Of a stretch of DNA of 64,000 nt, positions 1 to 11,603 are shown one piece after another. This stretch comes from Podarcis bocagei (lineage: Eukaryota), in assembly GCA_964188305.1 (NCBI GenBank), contig OZ076890.1, one strand, 5' to 3'. The position numbers and the translations under genes are program-made. Each line of letters starts with the position of its first letter. Position 1 is the stretch's first letter. Under the pieces are notes generated by a model that saw only the letters and a program-made list of their open reading frames with translations, had not been told where the DNA came from and searched no databases.

Positions 1-1277
1 CTGTGAGGATAGCAAAAGAATGTGAGCTTGTTGCTCTCGTACCACATTAACAGCAGTGAGGAAACTGTCAACAAAGAAGCAGGAAGCGAGTTTTATGAGG
101 GACTAATTCTGTTGATACCAGATACTTGTAAATCGCTAGACATAAAATTACTTTCAGTTCAGTGATGTGGAGGGGAATGAAAAAAGACAACTCCTGTTAT
201 TGTTACATTATCGCATGGATAGTGTTATGAAAGTTTTATAGCTCTCAGCGGAAGAAACAGAAGTCTTGCAAGCCATATCACCTGCTATGGATTTTAGTAT
301 ATGGTTCACACCAGCCCAGGTTTTTCTAGAATGACTCTTGGGGCCTTTCCACACTTGTCATTTCTAGTTGTGTATGGTCTAGTTGTGTATGTGTGTGGAT
401 TGTTTTTGGCATGCTGCCACACGACATTGGCATCATTCAACTGGTATTCCGGCATAATAAACTCCAAAAACCTGCTTTTCCTTCTACCACAAAAACCATG
501 ACATTTGTGAAAGATTCAGAATAGATACTCAGTATTTTCATTGGTGTGTTGTATAAGCATAGTCCCTGTTTCTGTGTGGAGGGATTGTGAATTGGTGGGT
601 ATGGTTTGGGGGACATCTATTTTGTACCACCTTCCTCTGACCTGTGGAAGATATCAGTTTGAAAACTCAGTTCAGAGGAAAGATATAGGCAGCTAGAGGC
701 TATGGTACTGAGTCAAAGTACTGCCAATGACAGCATGCATTATAAGATGCAGACAAAACTTCATCACAATATCCAGGTCTGCCATAGCTCTAGAAGGCAT
801 GCAGTTCCTCTTTTAATATCCTATAATCCCACAAGATTAGAATTCTGGAATGCTAGGCACTTTGTACACACAGAAAAAGCTGCAAAAGGAATACCCTCAT
901 GCAGAGGCTCATAACTCTGACATTTATTGGCTGGAGGACCATAAGGGGTGTGACTGTGGCCACAGAACATTTCTCCATTGGGGCACAACCTGCCATTCAT
1001 GTGGGAAGGAAAACCCACACTCACTCTATAATAACAGCGACATGTGACCACAGCTGCAGGCAAATGCCTACAAATTCACTCTTAAAAATGGCAGATCAAA
1101 CAGCAACTATGTCACTATTAATGGCAAGTGCGGAAAGTCCCTTAATGTTCAACTCAGGGCTACTTAAAGACACTTACCTTCTATGAGCACCTGAAGGTTA
1201 GGCTAGTCCTGTAATGGATGCTTGGATGAAACACCAAAGTCTAACACAAGGTCTCAGTCTTTCTTAATTATCTCTAG

Positions 1278-1352
1278 GTCTAAATTTTTGAATGACAAAT
1301 GGATGGTCAAGAATGGATTTCTGAAAGAAGATGTGGAAGAGCATCATCCTTG
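1278..1352 (+). CDS. CBS: Cystathionine beta-synthase (or CBS-like paralog) exon, end of catalytic core/linker
   Basis: tag|G TCT AAA...CCT TG|gtatgg; reads (M)SKFLNDKWMVKNGFLKEDVEEHHPW, matching vertebrate CBS 'KFLSDRWMLQKGFLKEED..KPW'. Upstream exons were not found in the window. Confidence 0.9.
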
Positions 1353-2303
1353 GTATGGCTCAGAGTTGCTACACTTGTTAATTTTGCCTGACATAAAGTA
1401 AAAGTAATCTGAATGGCGGGGCAGGAGAAAGCAAAGACTGTTTGTTTGTACCAGTGATAAAAAGATGCCTTGATGCTTTCACTTTTAAAAAATGGAGTCC
1501 GAAATAGCTTTTTGTTGATGAAATCCAGATGCGCTCAGGAGGAGTGCATCCAGGCTGACCTTCTGGTTGAAGCAGGTGTGTGAGTGGTGGGATCACAGAC
1601 TGCAGCTAATCCTTTTGGATCCATCATGATTTGCATGACACGCTCTGTCTAATTCTTTTCTGTGCTTTGCCATGCAGCATGCACAAGGACAGGTGTATTA
1701 TGAAGCATAAGGATAGTCGGGCTGGCGAATATTTTTGTCCCAGTGTTATATCCTTGTAGATGGGACCATGTTGGAAAACGTCGGGCCTGGCTCCAGATTT
1801 TGGAGGCGCTGGACACAGTATTCCTCTCCAGCGCCCTAGTGCCTGCCATGTGAGCCCCCACAGGCATTGTGGTACCTGCCAGCCTCTCCTTGTGTTCATT
1901 TGTGGGCTTACGTGGCAGTGGCACTGTAATAAGCCGGGAGCAGAGCTGCTGCCCAAGTAAGTGAGTCCATTTCTGAGCATCAAGGGTGATGCAGTAATGG
2001 GCTTGGAGCCAAGAGATTGTACTAAGTAAGTTAGTGTGTATGTAAGCAGGAGGAGGGAGACTGGGGTGGTGGATAAAAGCTAGGCATCAGTCCCAGTGAG
2101 CCCTGCCAGTGGGTCCTGGCAAATGCCCCACTATGCCAGGTACCGGGCCTGGAAAATATAGGAATCAGTCCTAGATAGTTTGCTGAGCTGCAAAGCATTT
2201 CCTTAAGTCCTTTCAAAATTTGTGTGTGTGTATAAGACACAGAGCAGACTGCTGGGGTTTAACACCACTTGCTGTCCTTCCTGCCCCCCCCCCCTTGTGA
2301 TAG

Positions 2304-2438
2304 GTGGTGGACTATCAAGGTGCAGAAGCTAAGCCTCTTAGCGCCTCTGACTCTCCTCCCAGATGTGAACTGTCAAAAGGCCATTGAAATCCTTCGTGAG
2401 AAGGCATATGACCAGGCACCAGTTGTTGCAGAATCAGG
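2304..2438 (+). CDS. CBS: CBS exon, CBS1 regulatory motif
   Basis: tag|...|gtaag, 135 nt; [45 protein letters not shown] vs human [45 protein letters not shown]. Confidence 0.93.
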
Positions 2439-2873
2439 GTAAGTCTCTTATTCGCAGAAACCTCATTCTAACAGTCTTCAGGAGTCTTCAGGAGAATTCC
2501 ACAATTCTCACTGTATAAAGCACTAATGAGAAACAGCCTATCATTGACATACTTACTGAAATCTTTAAAGAAATACTTGGAGTAATATGGGCCTTAGCTA
2601 ATCTATTGCAAGGCTATTGCAAGGCTATTGCAAGTGCCTACACATGAAGGATTCCTGTAGGCTTAGCAGCAGGCATTGCTGCTTTGTAGTTTGGCAAGGA
2701 GGCAAAGCATCAAACGCCTCCTCCCTCTGCGCCACCCTCCCCACACAGCTGGCATAGGGAATCCCCAATCAAGAGCTATGTCACATCCGCTTTGGTTCTT
2801 ATAGTCAAAGGACCTAGAACTCTTATTGATGGTGTGTTATTGAAAAGCTTCCTTTGAGAGTTTGTGGCATTTG

Positions 2874-2925
2874 GAAGAAGAAGAAGAAGAAGAAGAAGAA
2901 GAAGAAGAAGAAGAAGAAGAAGAAG
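2874..2925. repeat. (GAA)n microsatellite, probably the tail of an adjacent degraded retroelement (to ~3020)
   Basis: Perfect GAA run followed by the common squamate repeat-tail sequence gtttggatttgatatcccgcctttcactcc. Confidence 0.85.
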
Positions 2926-3307
2926 AGTAGTAGTAGTTTGGATTTGATATCCCGCCTTTCACTCCCTTTAAGGAGTGTCAAAGCGGCTAACATTCTCCTT
3001 TCCCTCCCCCCCCCCCCCCCACATTTGGAGCATTTCCAAAGAGCCCAGTTACGTTCAGTATTGGCCTACCACCAGTCAGGCTGACTAGAAGGGGCATTGG
3101 TACTGGTCTAATTCTAAAAGTGGCAGCCTTGCATGCCACTGAGCCACAGCAGATGTTGCAGAAAGTGAACTCCCCACCCCACCCATCTTGTCCTGTGTCT
3201 TCTCTGTATATGCATGAACTGCTGGAGCTCTCATCTCTGTGCTGTGAAAATTCAACTGCATTCATTTTGCTTTTTTAAAAACCAAACAACTGTGTGTTTT
3301 CTTGAAG

Positions 3308-3416
3308 ACTCATCTTGGGGATGGTAACTCTGAGCAACATCCTCTCCTCCGTCCTGGCAGGAACTGCCCAGTTCTCAGACCCAGTGATGAAGGTCATGTA
3401 TCAGCAGTTTTCCAAG
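3308..3416 (+). CDS. CBS: CBS exon
   Basis: aag|...|gtaatg, 109 nt; LILGMVTLSNILSSVLAGTAQFSDPVMKVMYQQFSK. Confidence 0.93.
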
Positions 3417-3504
3417 GTAATGTATGCCCAGTACCTGTTTTGGAGTTGCTGCCTAGGGCAAAGGATGAGGATGGGAGATACGGGAAATAAGAGCGAATGC
3501 TGAG

Positions 3505-3625
3505 GTAGAAAGGACCCCAATGATCATCTAGAGCAACCCCCTGCAATACAGGAATCTTTTGCCCAACATGGTGCTTGAACCCATGACCCTGAGATTAAGA
3601 GTCCCATGCTCTACCAACTAAGCTA
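3505..3625 (-). mobile_element. tRNA-derived SINE with CR1-like tail (degraded)
   Basis: Reverse strand has a tRNA-like head (tagcttagttggtagagcatgggactcttaatctcagggtcatgggttcaagc) followed by a CR1-type 3' end; related copy at 55563-55707. Confidence 0.65.
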
Positions 3626-4162
3626 AGGAGGCTGATTTCAAAACACTGGAGATGCCAGGGAATGAACCCGGGATATGAGTATTCTGGGTAGGTTCAAGTA
3701 GGTTGTCGTCTTGAGATCTTGCCTCATTTAAGATGGTTCTGTTGCTGCAGCACTATAGGACAGAGATGGGGATCTGGTGGCCCTTTGGATGTTTCTAGAC
3801 TACAACTATCATTCCTGACCATTGGCCATGCTGGCTGGGGTTGGTGGGAGTTGGAGTCCATCCATATCTGGAGAACCATGGGCTCCTCAGCCTTCCATAG
3901 AGGAAGTAAAACAGAAGCAGGATCCTTCATGCCAAGACACTGCTGGAACATCTTTTCGCCCCCAAGAAAACTGAGGTGGGATGGAGGTCATCTAAGCACA
4001 ACCTCAGAGGGAACAAGGTGTACTTGACATGGAGTGTCCATCTCATACCTTACGTCTTCCATGTGGTTCCAGCAGTATGTCACTATGTGGGACTTTATGT
4101 AAACTTGGTCCTAGATGTCTAGTAACAATTTGATTCACTTTATGTGTGGGACTTTATTACAG

Positions 4163-4247
4163 ATTAGCCTGGATGATACCCTTGGAAAGCTGTCACACAT
4201 CCTGGAAAATGATCATTTTGCTATTGTTGTGCATGAGCTGGAGCAAT
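4163..4247 (+). CDS. CBS: CBS exon, CBS2 motif
   Basis: cag|...|gtaagt, 85 nt; [28 protein letters not shown]. Confidence 0.93.
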
Positions 4248-5080
4248 GTAAGTAGCTTTTCTAGTAAAAATAAAAATGTCATACTACTAATTGTGTGTAT
4301 ATATACATACACACACACACACACACACACACCTACCTAGAGATGACCTAATATACCCTTCAAACCATGAAATAGATATACATGAAAGGCATCACATGTA
4401 TATATTAGTATATTAGTTTACTATTTGTTAATTTATTGCATTTATAGCCCAGCTTTTTCCCAAGGAGCTCAAGGTAGCATTGTAGACGTCTGCAAAGGAA
4501 AGCCTATATGTTTTGGCTTTCCTTTACAGACATCCATGCCTAATATGTGGACACTGGAGGTGGTACCATGTGACTCAAGGGGGTGGGGGCACCACCAGCT
4601 CCACAGCTCTATTTTATGGGCAAAGGCGACTTCGCGTTCGTCTAAATTCCAACAAGCCTCCATCCCTTGTATTTGAGAGATACCCGCAGTTCAGGTTTCA
4701 ATGACCATCTAATGAAGGAGTTCTTAAGCTTAGGATCAACTACACAGGGTGGGAGTGACCTTTCAGGTATGTAGTTTCCAAGCTGCTTGGGGTGGGATTG
4801 TTAACAGCATAAAGAGAGCCCTGTTGCATCAGCCCAAAGGCACCCTGGGCAGCATCCTGTTTTCTCAGTGGACAGCCAGATGCCTATCAGAAGCCCACAA
4901 ATAGGACCCAACAGCAATAGCATCCTCTGTGTTTCCCAGCTACTGACCTCCAGGGCTTTTTTTTATCTGGAACTGAGTTCCAGCACCTCCTTGTCGTGTT
5001 CTGGCACCTCACTGGTGCGTTCCGGCAGTTCTGTAGTGTTGCGGTGCCATCCCCCTGCATAACATTTGGGGTCATGTGGC

Positions 5081-5212
5081 CAGAGGCAGAGCTAGCTGCT
5101 CCAGCACCCTCCGGGCAAGTGTCCCAGGGGGGCAGGGCGGTGATGTCACCCCCCCTCAGGGATGACACCTGGGGCGGACCGCACCTACCGCACCCCCCTT
5201 CCTCCGCCAATG
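5081..5212. mobile_element. hAT-type MITE
   Basis: 8-bp TSD CATGTGGC (5073-5080 and 5213-5220); shares termini and internal motif with 28779-29107. Confidence 0.75.
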
Positions 5213-5732
5213 CATGTGGCACCTCTGGAAAAAAAGCTCTGAACATAGCCATTGTGGCTAGTAGCCTTTTCTTCTGAGAATTTGTCTAAGCCTTTTTTAA
5301 AGGCATCCTAGCTGGTGGCCATCAATCCTTCCATACTTTAACTGTGAACTGTGTGAACAAGTGCTTCCTTTTGCCTGTCCTGAATATTCCAGCATTCAGC
5401 TTCATTTCATGGCATGGTGAGAGAGAGAGAAAAACTTCTATCTGTCCATCTTCTCAATGTACATAATTGGACAGTGGTATGAAGGAAAAAGTTCCCAGAT
5501 GCCACAAATAAAGTTAACATTTCCTCATGGGCAGGGCTTTCTTTCAGGGGGAACTCAGTTCTGGCACCTCTCAGGTGGGCGCCATTGCCATTCTAAGAGA
5601 ACGAGGGAGATGTTCATGGTGAGATGCAATGCCTCTTTTTCTAGAAAAATAGCACTGCTTGTGGGTTTCCTCGAATGCTACTCTGGAAGCATCAACAGTA
5701 TGTAATCTTCCTTCATTTATGTCTTCTTCCAG

Positions 5733-5905
5733 ACAATGCAGATGGCAGCTCCTTCATGAAACAGATGGTATTTGGTGTGGTCACAGCTGTTGATCTTCTC
5801 AGCTTTGTCACCCCCAAAAACAAGACCCAGGAACGAAGAGATGCGACACTGGAATCAAATTCTTCTGAAAGAATTTTCTCCATGGCAGAATCTGTGGAGA
5901 AATAG
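5733..5905 (+). CDS. CBS: CBS terminal coding exon
   Basis: Polypyrimidine tract + cag|; (Y)NADGSSFMKQMVFGVVTAVDLLSFVTPKNKTQERRDATLESNSSERIFSMAESVEK*; intron phases agree across all five exons; candidate AATAAA at 6303-6308. Confidence 0.93.
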
Positions 5906-7398
5906 CAGAAGACCTTTAAGTATAAGGGTCTGGTTTTGTTTTCGAGTATGGCTTTCTATTTTAGAATTAGCATTGTATTTAGTATAGTATTATACTAGTA
6001 TCTAGTATTTCTATTTTAATTTGCCTGGCTGTTCTTGGTCTGCTATGTTCATGGCTATGCTCACCCTAAATGCCACCAAGGGAAATAATTTGGGATCAGG
6101 ATGATTGGACAAGATCACATACAGTTAAAATAAGTAGCTATTCTGTGATAGCATGTTTTTTTAAAAAAAGATTCTTGGGAGGAAGCAGTAGACTAAATGG
6201 ATTCTCCTGTGAGGTTGCCTTGTTGCCTTGATTTTTATCTGATATTTTGTTGTTTGCATTAACATTGACTGATAAATGCATTTCAAAATCTGCTGGCAGA
6301 GCAATAAAGAAATACTACAGATGCAAAGGCTGCCTGACTTGATTGTAGAACTGACAATAATGCTCTTTGCCTGTACAGGGAAGTGTGAACTCGGACTGTA
6401 CAGATGGATGAATGTTCATAAGCCACCTTTCCCCCAGAGAAAGCCTTCCTGCTGTTATGGTTGACTGCTGGAGGTGTATGCTGCTACATCTCACTGCTGC
6501 ATCAACCTCTTAGAACATTCTTGACCATGAAAGGTTCCTGGGCATAGGAGACCATGTGCATACCAATGGTTACTACCTCTAAGAATCTGACAGTCATAGA
6601 ACTGCCATAGCAGGGTGAGGCTGAAGGAGATCTGATTCTGGTACAGATAAACACAGCTACATGTTGATGACTTCTGTAGCCTACCTCTGAATTTGGGGAA
6701 ATACACATAGTCACGATAGGTGAGTCCCAAGGGCCAGATACAGATACTTGGATGACCACATTTGCCCCCTGGTCTGAGGTTCCTCATACCTGCCTTAAAA
6801 GAACTACCTATGAAGCACAATAGAGACTAGATTACCTCAATCTAGACCCCAAAATTAGTTGCAATTAAGTCCCATTGAGAATAATTTCTATCTGCCTTCA
6901 CATCAAATGGAAATTTGAAAGCAGCTTTATAATTACATTTAACAGACCTTTCTTTCAACCCAAGGTGTTATATTTGGTTCATAATGGTAACTCTCCCCCC
7001 CCCTCCCAATGTAGCAGAAAACAGAACAGATGATTTTAATTCTGCAGAAGTTCATAAAGCAGAGCAGTAAACAGTAGACTTGCACTCTTAAGTGCATAGC
7101 ATCAGAACTACTTAGCTATATAAGTAGCTTTCTGTCTTTGAGTAGACTGGAGAAACGGGGGCCGTGATCTACTTCCCGTTGCTCAGTCCACCTTTTTGTG
7201 AAGTTGAGGAACTTCCTTTAGCAGAAAGAAGGCTGAATTCAATAGCTATACTGGCCATTGTGCACCTTTTCACCTGCGATTTGTCTGTACCTTTTTCCTT
7301 TTTTGGTATGTAGTTTCTCCTAACCAAGCACTTACCTTGTGAACAAAGATGGAGGTTTAAGATGCTCTGAACAACCTGCTGTGCATGTGTAAGCCAGC

Positions 7399-8322
7399 AT
7401 TTATCAACGACTTGGATGATGGACTCAAGGGCATCCTGATCAAATTTGCAGATGACACCAAACTGGGAGGGGTGGCTAACACCCCAGAGGACAGGATCAC
7501 ACTTCAAAACGACCTTGACAGATTAGAGAACTGGGCAAAAACAAACAAGATGAATTTTAACAGGGAGAAATGTAAAGTATTGCACTTGGGCAAAAAAAAT
7601 GAGAGGCACAAATACAAGATGGGTGACACCTGGCTTGAGAGCAGTACATGTGAAAAGGATCTAGGAGTCTTGGTTGACCACAAACTTGACATGAGCCAAC
7701 AGTGTGACGCGGCAGCTAAAAAAGCCAATGCAATTCTGGGCTGCATCAATAGGAGTATAGCATCTAGATCAAGGGAAGTAATAGTGCCACTGTATTCTGC
7801 TCTGGTCAGACCTCACCTGGAGTACTGTGTCCAGTTCTGGGCACCACAATTCAAGAAGGACACTGACAAACTGGAACGTGTCCAGAGGAGGGCAACCAAA
7901 ATGGTCAAAGGCCTGGAAACGATGCCTTATGAGGAACGGCTAAGGGAGCGGGGCATGTTTAGCCTGGAGAAGAGGAGGTTAAGGGGTGATATGATAGCCA
8001 TGTTCAAATATATAAAAGGATGTCACATAGAGGAGGGAGAAAGGTTGTTTTCTGCTGCTCCAGAGAAGCGGACACGGAGCAATGGATCCAAACTACAAGA
8101 AAGAAGATTCCACCTAAACATTAGGAAGAACTTCCTGACAGTAAGAGCTGTTCGACAGTGGAATTTGCTGCCAAGGAGTGTGGTGGAGTCTCCTACTTTG
8201 GAGGTCTTTAAGCAGAGGATTGACAACCATATGTCAGGAGTGCTCTGATGGTGTTTCCTGCTTGGCAGGGGGTTGGACTCGATGGCCCTTGTGGTCTCTT
8301 CCAACTCTATGATTCTATGATT
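7399..8322 (+). mobile_element. 5'-truncated CR1 LINE (ORF2 RT C-terminal part + 3' UTR), young copy
   Basis: Uninterrupted ORF FINDLDDG...KFADDTKLGG...LYSALVRPHLEYCVQFW...stop at 8248; ends in CR1 terminal ATTCTATG repeats. Confidence 0.96.
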
Positions 8323-9462
8323 AGATCCCACTGCAAGGAGAAAAGGTTCACCCACGAAACATTCAACCACATGTGAGGTTTATAACTGGATTCCACTGTA
8401 GATTGGTTGGGGATGGGGAATGACTGGTCCATACAAGTAAGGAGGCCAGTTGTCAACACTATATGCACATACCTATACGATGCTGACTCAGGAACCTATC
8501 GCAGAGTAGATACGGGTACACTCTCCCCTCCATCTCTCAGTATGGGCAGAAATGCTTATCTGCATCTTGTATGCCACCACATGGGTTTTACTCCATGTGA
8601 AAGTAGTTGTATAAAACATCCATTTGCACGCATGCATCTCTGGACTGAACCCACCAATGGACTGTTCCAATGTAAACATTTCCCATGCATGAAAATTCAG
8701 ATATTTTAAAATGAAGGTCACTTAATGCTGCTCATGTGGATGCTGTTTACAGCAAAATAGCACTACATAATTTTGCCTGGCTAGACAATCAAGACTTCTC
8801 GGAATTAGAAGTTGGCATGCTTATGAATGTGATTCAGAGACGTGGCAGGAATTTATGCAATCATTTTAATGGGAGCTTTAACTACGTCTCTAAGTACGCA
8901 CGTGAAAATCGGTGACATCGCTGACAGAGTGCTCCTTACAATGGTAGCAACACCGCAATAGCCAGGTTAATTAGAAAAGCCTTTTGTATTGCTGGCTGTA
9001 CGCAAACTAAAGATAATTACACGTGTTCATTCATTGTGCAATATGTGAACAGATATTCCCTTTTGTGTTTCAAAAAATGCTGGCTCTTATTTTCACTGGA
9101 TATCCTGTTAATTTTTTATTCCAATGTATTAACAGTTCAATACTCACCAACACATTCCTCTCACAGAGCTACAAGTCCCAGAGTTCTCTGGGAACAGAGA
9201 CTGACTGTTAAACCACTTTGAGAATTGCAGCTCTATGAGGGTAATAGTGGTCTTTGAAGAACTCTCAGCACCCTTAACAAACTTCTATTCCCAAGATTCT
9301 TTGGGGAAAGCCATGACTGTTTAAAGTGGGACTGTACAGCTTATATGTATCATGTAGACTTGGCTAGGCTCAGAGAGTTTCTTTATAGGCTAAACCAGAC
9401 AGTATAAGAAGAATCACATAAGGAAAATGGGATGAAAGTATAGATGGTGGTTTTGTCATGTA

Positions 9463-9710
9463 CAGGGGTCAGCAAACTTTTTCAGCAGTGGGTCGGTCCA
9501 CTGTCCCTCAGACCTTGTTGGGAGGCCGAACTATATTTTTTTTTTGGGGGGGGAGAACCAATTCCTATGCCCCACAAATAACCCTGAGATGTATTTTAAA
9601 TAAAAGGACACATTCTACTCATGTAAAAACATGCTGATTCCCGGACTGTCCGCCGGCCGGATTTAGAAGGCGATTGGGCCGGATCTGGCCCCCGGACCTT
9701 AGTTTGCCTT
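9463..9710. mobile_element. hAT-type MITE (family shared with 45552-45795)
   Basis: Starts CAGGGGTCAGCAAAC; internal sequence closely similar to the 45552-45795 copy. Confidence 0.8.
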
Positions 9711-10480
9711 AGCCATGTAGTTTGGCCGGATCAAAATCACCATGATTATTATCAGAATTGCTGCACGCTTCCTCAATGTCTGCTATTTGCAGAGGGATCA
9801 GTTGGAGCTTCCCTCCATTTTGAATAGAAGGCATTGGGGAGTGATTACAACTGGGAGCATGGTGGGGCCAAAAGTTTAGAGGCTCCTTCCTTCATGCCAC
9901 CGTCCAGGACAGCCTCACCTGCTCCATTGTGCAGGGCCAACTAGAAGACAAACGCCACGTCTTGCTTGACCCAAGGTCATGAGACAAGCTCATTTCTCCC
10001 TCATCCAGGCAATCTTTTGTTATTCAACCCAGTCACAGGAAAGGGGCAAATGTTAACTAGATAACTGGAGGGAAGGGCATGGTGTGAGGTCTGCAGTTAA
10101 AATAGGAACATGCTTAGCAGGTAGAAGCAGATTTTAAGCAGGTTAGCCTACATTTTTCCTGTGAGGTAAGAAATGAAAAAGTCATTGCTACCTTGTCGTC
10201 TGGCAATTATTGCCCATTCTAAACTGTGGACTGATGTGTAATTCCACGTGTACAAAATGTTAAAAAGTTGTTGTGGAATGGCAGGCTATTCTGAAGAAGA
10301 TAAATGCCAGTGCATTTGTAATGTGCCAACCTGCATCTTGCCTCATCCCTTGCTGCTCAGTAAGCAACAGTGACCCAGCTGCCAGGAACCAAAGATAGCA
10401 GCTCCATGCCACCCATTGAGCCACTTCCACCCCTCTCCCCCGATAAAATGAGGATAGTAAAACCTACTTCTTAATCAAGG

Positions 10481-10506
10481 CCTTATATGGGTAAACCCTT
10501 ATATGG
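10481..10506. promoter_or_regulatory. Tandem perfect CArG boxes (CCTTATATGG x2)
   Basis: CC(A/T)6GG at 10481-10490 and 10497-10506, produced by a 16-bp tandem duplication, ~350 bp upstream of the TATA box. Confidence 0.45.
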
Positions 10507-10847
10507 GTTAAAAAATGGAGACAAGATAAAGCAAATTTGGACCTGCTTGGCAAGGGTTTAAGGAACTATGGAATAGTAAACAAGGGACAATTAAGGTAAC
10601 TATAGTTCTGTATAGTTACAGGATGTACTTACATTAAATTTAAGACACTTTCTTATATAGATAAATAGAGAGGATCCCAGCTGTTAGAATGCAAATTGTA
10701 TATTCTTTCTGTTTACATAATATGGAATATAAAAACTCTTTTGACAATAAATAATACTATAATAAAAGACCCACTGGTAATAAATTAGAAAGGGCTCTTA
10801 GCTCCTCCCAGCTGTTCAGGTTTATGGGTTTTCCCTCTGCTGTGACA

Positions 10848-10857
10848 TTATAAATAG
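10848..10857 (+). promoter_or_regulatory. TATA box of the novel secreted-protein gene (overlaps a MEF2-like YTA(W)4TAR)
   Basis: TTATAAATAG, with TATAAA at 10849-10854, ~90 nt upstream of the donor CAG|GTAAAC at 10944. Confidence 0.7.
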
Positions 10858-10877
10858 CATACCTTCCAGCTGAACAG

Positions 10878-10944
10878 CTACTGAGGAAATATCACTACCT
10901 GGGGACCAAACCACTTGCAACACCCACACCTGAAGCCTATCCAG
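10878..10944 (+). other. Predicted non-coding exon 1 of the fibulin-2-Na-like gene (5' end approximate)
   Basis: Begins ~25-30 nt after the TATA box, has no ATG, ends at ccag|gtaaac; matching acceptor ctttgcatttgatccag| at 11599, 4 nt before the ATG. Confidence 0.6.
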
Positions 10945-11197
10945 GTAAACTAAAGCTATTTCCCCTTTTCATAGATCAGCTAAGCATTTGACCCAATGCA
11001 TTCCCCTTTATTATCATGGAATAAAGTTAGAAATGCTGACTGCATCTGAAGGACAGTTTGCTGTTTTTAAGAAATAGAAAGAGCTGCACAAGATCCTTCC
11101 TTCCTTCTGCAGTAATAGGTTTTTGACAGAATGTTACCAATTTTTAGCACTCCTCAAATTTTATGAGCTAAGGCTTGGAAATTTGATACATTTTATA

Positions 11198-11237
<40 letters not shown>

Positions 11238-11603
11238 TACACACAACAGCAGGAACGAGGCCCAAAGGGGTTGTAAGTGGCACTTCCTTGAACAAGTGGT
11301 CCGAGTATCATCGGAGGCTGGAGAAGGCAACTATCAGGAGCAGCATGTTGCTTTGAAGGCAATCCATTGGGAAGTGTACCCTGAGCTCCAGTGTGGCTGA
11401 TTCTGTGAGCCAATCCGCAATGTGCTATGTAATCAGTGTTTGTGCCCCTGGTGTGAGAAAATGCTATGTAAACTGGTGTTCTACTGAGAGAGGGCATTAG
11501 CTCTGTATTTAAAAAGGCAAAGTTGGGCGAGATAATAGAAAGCAATGAATGAGCAAAAAATGCTATGCTGCTAAAAGGACCTCTTTGCATTTGATCCAGA
11601 GTA

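Noticed and set aside
850-1047. ORF with CxC...CxxC pattern resembling a RanBP2-type zinc finger
   Set aside because: Short, presumably within a CBS intron, spacing does not fit the consensus well, and no splice or promoter support; likely chance.
2854-3084. Poly-Lys ORF
   Set aside because: Translation of the (GAA)n microsatellite.
4485-4534. Hairpin (tgcaaaggaaagcc...ggctttcctttaca) as a possible miRNA
   Set aside because: Short stem with no recognisable miRNA family; more likely a palindromic MITE remnant.
7385-8248. 287-aa ORF as a host gene
   Set aside because: It is a 5'-truncated CR1 ORF2 whose start codon comes from flanking DNA.
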